Assembly (NCBI RefSeq): GCF_000981785.2
Contig: NZ_CP011304.1
Coordinates: 1,110,001-1,142,000, forward strand
Direction: 5' to 3'
Source: Microcystis aeruginosa NIES-2549
GTDB lineage: Bacteria; Cyanobacteriota; Cyanobacteriia; Cyanobacteriales; Microcystaceae
Length of the DNA stretch: 32,000 nucleotides
Under the pieces are notes generated by a model that was given only the letters and a program-made list of their open reading frames with translations, made no database searches and had not been told where the DNA came from. This document shows, one piece after another, positions 17,483 through 25,152 of this stretch; the first letter of the stretch is position 1, and every line of letters begins with the position of its first letter. The position numbers and the translations under genes are program-made.

Positions 17483-18406
17483 ATGTATAAAAAAATCCTG
17501 CGTTTTGCTCCGATTATCCTGTCTTTGAGTTTGTTTATTCTAGCGGTCTGGGCAATTAGTCAAGAATTTAAACACTACACTTTTGCCCAACTGTTGGCTA
17601 GTTTGGATCATATTACCACAAGTCACAAGCTAGAAGCTATTTTTTGCATGGCCTTGGGTTATTTGTCGATGACGGGTTATGATCGTCTAGGTTTTTATTA
17701 TATCAATCATCCCTTAGCTTTAGGCACTATTATCCGTACTGCTTTTATCAGTTATGCTTTTGGTAATACCATTGGTTTAACCTTATTTTCTGGGACTGCT
17801 ATCCGTTATCGTTTCTATGCTCCTGCGGGGGTGGGGGTGGTGGATATTGCCAAAGTTATCACTTTTACCCATTTAAGCTTTTGGTTAGGAATGTTAGGCA
17901 TTGGTGGTTTAAGTTTCCTCGTTGATCCCCAACGGATTCCTCAACTGTTAAAATTACCTTTTTTAACTACTAAACCTTTAGGAATAATTTTTTTATTGCT
18001 GGTTGCTGGCTATTTTTTCTTGACTATCAGCTATAAAAAACCCATAAAAATCGGCCAAGAAAATATCTATTTGCCTCCTTGGAATCTTTCCCTGGCTTTG
18101 ATTTTGGTGACTTTTATTGATTGGATATTAGCGGCTAGAGTTCTATATCTTCTTCTTCCCAGCAACTACAATACTTCGTTTTTAGGATTTTTCGGTCTCT
18201 ATGTATTTGCCATGACAGCAGGGGTATTAAGCAATGTGCCGGGGGGAATAGGTGTTTTTGAGTTTATCCTGCTGAGATTACGGCCAGAATATGTATCTAC
18301 TGGCGAGCTTTTAGGTTCTTTAATCGCCTATCGAGCTATTTATTATTTCCTGCCTTTAATTGTCGCTTTTGTCTGGTTATTGGGTTACGAAACGCGCAGA
18401 AAATAA
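17483..18406 (+). CDS. UPF0104/LPG-synthase-TM-like (flippase-like) integral membrane protein
   Basis: 307 aa with about 8 hydrophobic helices. The N-terminus LRFAPIILSLSLFILAVWAISQEF is typical of the family. Confidence 0.7.
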   Translation: MYKKILRFAPIILSLSLFILAVWAISQEFKHYTFAQLLASLDHITTSHKLEAIFCMALGYLSMTGYDRLGFYYINHPLALGTIIRTAFISYAFGNTIGLTLFSGTAIRYRFYAPAGVGVVDIAKVITFTHLSFWLGMLGIGGLSFLVDPQRIPQLLKLPFLTTKPLGIIFLLLVAGYFFLTISYKKPIKIGQENIYLPPWNLSLALILVTFIDWILAARVLYLLLPSNYNTSFLGFFGLYVFAMTAGVLSNVPGGIGVFEFILLRLRPEYVSTGELLGSLIAYRAIYYFLPLIVAFVWLLGYETRRK

Positions 18407-18470
18407 TGCCCGCAAATTAGCTTAAACGGACAAAAAAGCTCCCATGCCGTCATAGCTGAGGAGCATCAAT

Positions 18471-18671
18471 CTAGTAGGCTAAAGTTTCTAAAGTTTCGCG
18501 TAGATAGGAACAAATGCGAGCATCAGCATCGTCTCTATTTTTACCTGATTCTAGTTGTTCTTGCTGCCAACGCCGAAAACCGGAACTAGCGGCGATGGCT
18601 TGTTTTAAATGCTCCCAAGTGTGATGATCTTTGTGAAGTGGGGTGTCGGAAAATGTGGTGGAGTTGCCCAT
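18471..18671 (-). CDS. small hypothetical protein (66 aa)
   Basis: The start at MGNSTTF is preferred because GAGG lies 5 nt upstream. The track ORF extends to 18707. Confidence 0.45.
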   Translation of the reverse strand: MGNSTTFSDTPLHKDHHTWEHLKQAIAASSGFRRWQQEQLESGKNRDDADARICSYLRETLETLAY

Positions 18672-18824
18672 CTTTACCTCTGGTGGTAGGGTTGCACCTT
18701 TTAACATAACTTAAAAATCGCTGAAAATTCTGATAACTGGGACACAATTAGGCAGAAAAAGGTGTTGCCTAGCGGGAAAGCTGGGGGGATGCCAACACCT
18801 TTTTTAAGGAAATCTAGGGGATTT

Positions 18825-19181
18825 TTAGGAGATTTTGCTGGTTTCTGCCGCTTCTTCTGCCTCCACTGCCGCGTTTAAAGCTGCGGGGGGAATGGGGATA
18901 GGAAATACCGACGGCAGGTTAGCGGTGGCATCTTCGGCAGGCTGCCCAGAGTGAAAACGACGGTAGCTTAAAACACCAGCTACGGTGATTGCTCCTGTAG
19001 CGGCGGCAACCCCTAAAATAAGTTTGTTAGCATCCACAGGGAAGCTGTTATTGCTGCCAAAAATGCTTTTACCTTTAGCGAAAGGACAAGCGGAGGCGCT
19101 GCCAGCATCAAGAGTACCCAAAACAATGCCACTGACGAGGGTGGCACTAACGGCGATGGAGGTGAAAAAAGTTTTCTTCAT
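18825..19181 (-). CDS. hypothetical exported/membrane protein
   Basis: Signal-like MKKTFFTSIAVSATLVSGIVLG. A second hydrophobic segment is LILGVAAATGAITVAGVL, followed by RRF. Confidence 0.55.
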   Translation of the reverse strand: MKKTFFTSIAVSATLVSGIVLGTLDAGSASACPFAKGKSIFGSNNSFPVDANKLILGVAAATGAITVAGVLSYRRFHSGQPAEDATANLPSVFPIPIPPAALNAAVEAEEAAETSKIS

Positions 19182-19295
19182 AATTGCCTTGGGGATAGGT
19201 TGTCAATAGCGATCATCCTTGCATTATAGATATCTAAATCAGAATTGTCTATTTTATTTCCGTTGGTGACATTGAAATAATTTTGTTTAAGAATA

Positions 19296-22200
19296 ATGAA
19301 TTATCAATATCGTGTCGGGGGTAGTCTTGCCTATAACCATCCTACCTATATCGAGAGAAATGCCGATCGAGAACTGTTAACGGCGTTAAAAAATGGTCAA
19401 TTTTGCTACGTTTTTAACTGTCGTCAGATGGGCAAATCCAGTTTAAGGGTACGAGTGACCCATATTTTACAGCAATTGGGCATGGATTGCGCGTCCGTAG
19501 ATATAACCAGTCTTGGTAGTAATGATAATTTATCCCAATGGTATAACGGCGTGATCACCCGTTTGTTTTTAGGATTTAATCTGACGGGAAAAATTAATCT
19601 TAAATCCTGGTTGCGCGAGCGAGAGGATTTACCCCCCGTGCAGCGTTTGGGACAATTTATCGAGGAAGTTTTATTAGTTTATTGTCGGGGAGAGAAAATA
19701 TATATTTTTATCGACGAGATCGATAAAATTCTCAGTTTACAGTTTTCTCTAGATGACTTTTTTTCCCTGATTCGTTATTGTTATAACCAAAGAGCGGAAA
19801 ATGCCCAGTATGAAAGAATTACTTTTGCTTTATTCGGTGTGGCTACCCCAGCAGATTTAATTCGCGAAAAGACCCAAACATCTTTTAATATCGGCCAGGC
19901 GATCGAATTAACAGGATTTAATCTTGCAGAAATTGCTCCTTTAGCCGCGGGATTATCCAGTCAAAGTAATTATCAATCCGACTGCTTAGAAAAAGTTATT
20001 TTTTGGACGGGAGGACAGCCATTTTTAACCCAAAAAATCTGTCAGCTATTGCGGGAAAGTAATTTAGATATTGAGACGCTGATCAAAGAGAGAGTTATTA
20101 ATAATTGGGAATCTCATGATGAACCAGTGCATCTGCGAACTATTGCTGATCGCTTGTTAAGAAATCAAGACAAAGCGGGTCGTTTGTTAGGCATCTATCA
20201 ACAAATTTTAGAAAAGGGGGCGATCGCGTATGATGATAGTCCAGAACAAGGAGAATTAAGGTTATCGGGATTAGTGGTAAAAAAGGATAATCAATTAGTA
20301 GTTTATAATCCTATTTATCGAGAAATATTTAATTTTAATTGGGTGGAAAAACAATTAGAGCAATTGCGTCCCTACTCAGAAGCACTTGCCGCCTGGCAAC
20401 AGTCTAATTATACCGATGAATCGCGGCTTTTACGCGGAAAAGCTTTAAATAATGCCCTCGATTGGTCTCAGGGAAAAAGCTTAAGTAATCTTGATTATCA
20501 GTTTTTAACTGCTAGTCAAAATCTCGATAAAAGAGAGGCAGAAATTAGCCTAGAAACTCAGAGACAAGCTAATAAAATTCTAGCAATTGCTCACCAAAAA
20601 GCCACCAAAAGAATTCAAATTGGCTCGGTAATTTTAATTGCTTCTCTTTTGGGTTCTCTCTTAGCCTTTATTCAGGTAAAACAAGCATGGCAGCAAGTAA
20701 AAAGCGCTCAATTAGGTATTCAATTACAGCGCAATGGTGATAGTTATTGGCAGCAATTTCAATTTGAACAACTAGAATCTTTAATGGCGGCCATGCAAGC
20801 AGTAAATAGTTTAAAAAATATCGTTACTGATGACCAAACCTTGAGTAAATATCCTGCTACCAGTCCAATTATTACCCTGCAACAAATTTTAGATCGCATT
20901 CAAGAAAAAAACCAACTGCAAGGACACCGGGGAACTATTTATAGTGTTAGTATTAGTCCTGATCGTCAAAAAATTGCCACTGCTTCTCAAGATGGGACGG
21001 TAAAAATTTGGAATCAAAAAGGTGAGAATGTTCAAACTTTGACAGGTCATCAAGGAGCAGTTTATAGTGTTAGTTTTAGTCCCGATGGTCAAAAAATCGC
21101 CACTGCTTCCGAAGATAAAACCGCCAAAATTTGGAACTTGCAAGGGCAAAATTTAGTCACCTATCCTGACCATCAAGAATCAGTTTATAGTGTTAGTTTT
21201 AGTCCCGATGGTCAAAAAATTGTGACTACTTCCAGGGATAAAACCGCTAGATTATGGAATTTATCAGGTCAAACTTTACAGGTATTTAAGGGACATAAAA
21301 AATCGATAGATGCAGCAATTTTTAGTCCCGATGGTCAAAAAATTGCCACCGCTTCCCGGGATGGTACGATTAAAATCTGGGATTTATCAGGTAAAATTAT
21401 CTTGAGTTTAGGTCAAGATAATATTGGGGCTTTTTATAGTGTTAATTTTAGTCCCGACGGTCAAAAAATTGCCGGGGCAGCGGCCGATAAAACTGCTAAA
21501 ATCTGGGATTTACAGGGAAATTTAATAGCTACTTTCCGGGGACATCAAGATTTTGTCAACAGTGTTAATTTTAGTCCTGATGGACAGTTTATAATTACCG
21601 CATCTAGTGACGGTAGTGCTAAAATTTGGGGACTGCAAGGGGAAGAAATAACTACTCTTAGAGGACATCAAGAATCAGTTTTTACTGCTGTATTTAGTCA
21701 AGATGGAAAAGAGGTGGTAACTGGATCGAGTGATGAAACGGCTAAAATTTGGCAACTGAATAATTTAAATCAAGCTAAGGCCGATAATACCAGTGTTACC
21801 ATTAATTACCAGGGGAATATTATCGCTATTGCTAATAAAGATGGTCAGATTACTTTACTCGATTCCCATGGGAAAAAAATTAGAGAATTTACCACAAAAA
21901 TGCGTTCAATCTATAGTATAGCTTTTCATCCCGATAGTAATCAGATAGCGATTACAGGAAGAAATGGAAAAGTACAAATCTGGAGCAAAAAAGGAACAAT
22001 GCTTCAAGAATTTACCGCTAGTCAAGTACCGATTTATAGTCTTGCTTTTAATGGAGAGGGAACAGCAATAATCACGGGAACAAGCGAGGGAAAAATTCAA
22101 TACTGGCATTTAAGCAATCATCGGCCTCAATTGATTAATTCTTGGACAGTTGATGATAGTATTATCTATGATTTGGTGTTTTCTCCTGATCATCAAAAAA

Positions 22201-22619
22201 TTGCTACCGCTACTCGGGGAAAGATTAAAATTTGGGATTTACAGGGCAATCTTTTAAAGGAGATTAAAACCGATTCTTTTCCCGTTTATGGAGTTAGTTT
22301 TAGTCCCGATGGTGAGAAAATCGCCGCTATTTCAAGGGATGGTACAGCTAGACGCTGGGACATGGACGGAAATTTGCGCTCCGAGTTTAAAATAGAAGAA
22401 GATATCGTCTATGGGATCGCTTTTAGTCCTAATGGTCAGGAGATTTTGATTATTGCTAGGGATGGTCAAAAGCATCGATGGCCCTTAGAAAGAGAATATA
22501 ATTATCTACAAAAATTGCTCGATCGAGGTTGTCTTTGGTTAGGAGATTATCTCAAGAATCGTCCCGAAAAACGAGAAGCTCTGTCCCTGTGTACTGGGAA
22601 AATAAAACCATCGAATTAA
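19296..22619 (+). CDS. AAA-like ATPase (AAA_35-type), predicted TM helix, 13-14 WD40 repeats
   Basis: Walker A-like RQMGKSSL (G46-K47-S48). Walker B-like IYIFIDEID. Conserved linker motifs are FWTGGQPFLTQKICQLL and LRLSGLVVKKDNQLVVYNPIYREIF. The hydrophobic helix is IQIGSVILIASLLGSLLAFIQV. Repeated GH..VYSVSFSPDGQKIATAS.D.TAKIW units follow. Confidence 0.9.
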   Translation: MNYQYRVGGSLAYNHPTYIERNADRELLTALKNGQFCYVFNCRQMGKSSLRVRVTHILQQLGMDCASVDITSLGSNDNLSQWYNGVITRLFLGFNLTGKINLKSWLREREDLPPVQRLGQFIEEVLLVYCRGEKIYIFIDEIDKILSLQFSLDDFFSLIRYCYNQRAENAQYERITFALFGVATPADLIREKTQTSFNIGQAIELTGFNLAEIAPLAAGLSSQSNYQSDCLEKVIFWTGGQPFLTQKICQLLRESNLDIETLIKERVINNWESHDEPVHLRTIADRLLRNQDKAGRLLGIYQQILEKGAIAYDDSPEQGELRLSGLVVKKDNQLVVYNPIYREIFNFNWVEKQLEQLRPYSEALAAWQQSNYTDESRLLRGKALNNALDWSQGKSLSNLDYQFLTASQNLDKREAEISLETQRQANKILAIAHQKATKRIQIGSVILIASLLGSLLAFIQVKQAWQQVKSAQLGIQLQRNGDSYWQQFQFEQLESLMAAMQAVNSLKNIVTDDQTLSKYPATSPIITLQQILDRIQEKNQLQGHRGTIYSVSISPDRQKIATASQDGTVKIWNQKGENVQTLTGHQGAVYSVSFSPDGQKIATASEDKTAKIWNLQGQNLVTYPDHQESVYSVSFSPDGQKIVTTSRDKTARLWNLSGQTLQVFKGHKKSIDAAIFSPDGQKIATASRDGTIKIWDLSGKIILSLGQDNIGAFYSVNFSPDGQKIAGAAADKTAKIWDLQGNLIATFRGHQDFVNSVNFSPDGQFIITASSDGSAKIWGLQGEEITTLRGHQESVFTAVFSQDGKEVVTGSSDETAKIWQLNNLNQAKADNTSVTINYQGNIIAIANKDGQITLLDSHGKKIREFTTKMRSIYSIAFHPDSNQIAITGRNGKVQIWSKKGTMLQEFTASQVPIYSLAFNGEGTAIITGTSEGKIQYWHLSNHRPQLINSWTVDDSIIYDLVFSPDHQKIATATRGKIKIWDLQGNLLKEIKTDSFPVYGVSFSPDGEKIAAISRDGTARRWDMDGNLRSEFKIEEDIVYGIAFSPNGQEILIIARDGQKHRWPLEREYNYLQKLLDRGCLWLGDYLKNRPEKREALSLCTGKIKPSN

Positions 22620-22737
22620 ATTAATTTTTCAAGTTATATTGTCAACTTGGTTGGACTGGGTGGGGGCAAAGGTTAGATTAATTAGTTAATATCTTGAGTA
22701 ATTATTGCCTAACCCACCCGCTAAATAATCTTAACTT

Positions 22738-23580
22738 TTAATCCGATGGGGGGGGATTTTCTTCCCTTTTTGAGCGAGTTTCTGGGGGAGTATCTTCTCT
22801 GATGGTTTCTTCTGGGGGCAAATCTTCCTCGCTAACTTCAATAATCACCGTTTCGCTAACGGCAATAGTTTCGACTTCAACAGTTGCGACAGGTTCAGTC
22901 GGGGGAATTTCTGGGGGAATTTCTGGGGCATTTTCGGAAGGGTTGATCTCTTCTATTGCCAAATCAAAATCATCGAAATCATCGAAATCATCGAAAGTTT
23001 CCCCATCATCAATAATTTCTGCGGCTTTTTCCCCAATTTCTGTCACTGATGTTGTAGTAGTTTCCCCGATAGCTGCCGCTTTTTCTATAACGGGGTCCAC
23101 CGTTTCTTGAGCTTTTTCCTCAATTTCTGTCACTGATTCTGTAATAGGTTCCCCGATAGCTGCTGCTGTTTCGACAGCGGGAGCAACCGTTTCTTTAACC
23201 GTTTCTTTAACTTTTGCCGCTACTTTCTCAGGTTTAGCTTTAGTTTTAGGGGATTGGGAGGGAGTAACTTTCCCCAGACGATTGCCTAACCAACCGACAA
23301 TAGTAAATAATTTAACCGGTTTGTCGGGATAAAAAAGTGCTTGTCTGAGTTTGAGAGTTTGCCAAGCGAAAGCAATAAATAATATGGCTGCGGCAACTTG
23401 TCCGAGGAGGATAGCGCCTGTAATCCTTCCCGCGCACAACCAGAGGACAAGGGCATAGAATAATCCTACCGCACTCCAGAGAAAATCATCTTGACGGTGG
23501 CGATCGGGGGCGATAAAAGCGGTGGTGAGGAGGTAGAGACTACTCAATCCCACAACGACCGCTAGGATATAGGGCAACAT
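22738..23580 (-). CDS. ycf66: Ycf66-family membrane protein with long acidic repeat-containing C-terminal extension
   Basis: The N-terminus MLPYILAVVVGLSSLYL...WSAVGLFYALVLWLCAGRITGAILLGQ is Ycf66_N-like. The C-terminus has a duplicated AAAIGE..SVTEI.EKA unit, FDD x3 and EIPP x2. Confidence 0.8.
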   Translation of the reverse strand: MLPYILAVVVGLSSLYLLTTAFIAPDRHRQDDFLWSAVGLFYALVLWLCAGRITGAILLGQVAAAILFIAFAWQTLKLRQALFYPDKPVKLFTIVGWLGNRLGKVTPSQSPKTKAKPEKVAAKVKETVKETVAPAVETAAAIGEPITESVTEIEEKAQETVDPVIEKAAAIGETTTTSVTEIGEKAAEIIDDGETFDDFDDFDDFDLAIEEINPSENAPEIPPEIPPTEPVATVEVETIAVSETVIIEVSEEDLPPEETIREDTPPETRSKREENPPPSD

Positions 23581-23707
23581 TTGCGATTCTCCTTTGACAT
23601 TTCCTTTTTTATTGTGCGTTATTTGGGGTCGATCGAGTCTATTTTTTGATTAATTTTCAAAATTATCGAGTCAGATAGTCTTTACCTGTGTTTATGAATA
23701 GCCAGCG

Positions 23708-23934
23708 TTAATATTAGGAAATTCTGGGTTTATCCTCTGCTGCTTGTGCTGATCAGATTAAACAAGCTTTCGGATCAAATGATTAAGTTTTGGTCTTTAA
23801 CAAGCAAAGAGGAATTAGGAACCCTTGATCGACCCACAGATAAACTGTTATCTTTAGTAATTAGTGACGATGAGAAATATTTAATTAGTGGTAGTGCTGA
23901 CAAAACTGTAAAAATTTGGCAAAATGGGCAATAG
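23708..23934 (+). pseudogene. remnant of the 3' end of a WD40-repeat gene
   Basis: Frame A reads LGNSGFILCCLC then a stop. A shifted frame continues KLSDQMIKFWSL...LLSLVISDDEKYLISGSADKTVKIWQ then a stop. There is no upstream coding continuation. Confidence 0.65.
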
Positions 23935-23990
23935 TAACACCTCAAGATAAGTAAGTAGTTATAATTAAATTGAAGATAAATACCCCCCTG

Positions 23991-24080
23991 CCCCCCTTAA
24001 TAAGGGGGGTGCCGATTCCCCCTTAGTCCCCCCTTGATAAGGGGGGTGATCTGACAACTTTTAACACCTACCTACTTAAC
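23991..24080 (+). repeat. two C6-loop-G6 hairpins plus conserved tail, immediately upstream of holA
   Basis: CCCCCCTTAATAAGGGGGG is at 23991-24009 and CCCCCCTTGATAAGGGGGG is at 24028-24046. The tail is related to 11829-11860. TATAAT at 24084-24089 lies 10 nt before the holA ATG. Confidence 0.7.
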
Positions 24081-24098
24081 TGCTATAATTAGAAACTT

Positions 24099-25082
24099 AT
24101 GCCGACAATATTTTATTGGGGAGAAGATGAATTTGCTATTAACCAAGCGGTGAAAAATCTGCAAGCAAAACTTCTCGATCCCAATTGGATACAGTTTAAT
24201 TATGATAAAATTAATGGTGATCGCAATGAGGCAATTATCGAGGCCCTCAATCAAGCGATGACTCCAGTTTTCGGCATGGGAAATCGTTTAGTTTGGTTAG
24301 CCGATACGGTTATTTGTCAACAATGTTCCGAGGATATTTTCAAGGAATTACAGCGCACTTTGCCCAATTTACCCGAAAATTCCTATCTGTTATTAACCAG
24401 TGCCAAAAAACCCGACTCCCGCTTAAAATCGAGCAAGTTTATCCAAAATCAGGCGGAGGTTAAAGAATTTGAACTAATTCCGCCTTGGAAAGTCGAGGAA
24501 ATTGCCCAAAGAGTTAGGGAAATTGCCAAAGAAGTGGGGGTAAAATTAACTCCCGATGCGATCGAACTCTTAGCTGAATCAGTGGGAAATAACAGCCGCT
24601 TGCTGTGGATGGAGTTAGAAAAACTGCGTTTATTTAAAAATAATTCGGCGGGAACTATTGACAAAAAGGACATTTTAAGCTTAGTCAATGCCAGCAATCA
24701 AAGCAGCCTACAGTTAGCCAGTGCGATTTTAAAACGGGAGACAGGCAAGGCCCTAGAATTAGTCAATGAATTATTAAATCGTAACGAGAACCCCTTGGCT
24801 ATCACCGCCACCCTAGGGGGTCAATTTCGCACTTGGGCAATAGTGAAATTAAAAATTGAAGAAGGAGAAAAAGACGAGAAAAATATCGCCGCCGCAGCCG
24901 AAATTGCCAATCCCAAGCGACTGTATTTCATTCGCAAAGAGATACAATCCTTTTCTTCTAAACAACTTCTGGCCACCTTGCCCATACTTCTTGACTTAGA
25001 ATATCGTCTCAAGCGGGGTGCAGAACCTTTGGCGACTTTGCAAACCAAAATTATCGAACTTTGTTGTTTATTGGTGACTTAA
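24099..25082 (+). CDS. holA: DNA polymerase III delta subunit
   Basis: 327 aa. The N-terminus IFYWGEDEFAINQAV and the overall length and pattern are typical of cyanobacterial HolA. Confidence 0.85.
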   Translation: MPTIFYWGEDEFAINQAVKNLQAKLLDPNWIQFNYDKINGDRNEAIIEALNQAMTPVFGMGNRLVWLADTVICQQCSEDIFKELQRTLPNLPENSYLLLTSAKKPDSRLKSSKFIQNQAEVKEFELIPPWKVEEIAQRVREIAKEVGVKLTPDAIELLAESVGNNSRLLWMELEKLRLFKNNSAGTIDKKDILSLVNASNQSSLQLASAILKRETGKALELVNELLNRNENPLAITATLGGQFRTWAIVKLKIEEGEKDEKNIAAAAEIANPKRLYFIRKEIQSFSSKQLLATLPILLDLEYRLKRGAEPLATLQTKIIELCCLLVT

Positions 25083-25152
25083 TACTCTTCCTTGCTTTTC
25101 AGAAATCCTCTAGAATAAGATTCTATAGACTTCAAACTTCTCAATAACCACA

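Noticed and set aside
20889-22109. Antisense ORFs 20889-21149(-) and 21906-22109(-) in the WD40 gene. Similar antisense ORFs lie in ycf66 (22802-23110), holA (24449-24697, 24821-25048), CHAT-FHA (25560-25880), pdxA (28450-28704), the aldehyde dehydrogenase gene (29733-29915, 30399-30719) and the helicase gene (31287-31478).
   Set aside because: All are embedded opposite strongly supported genes and have no independent features.
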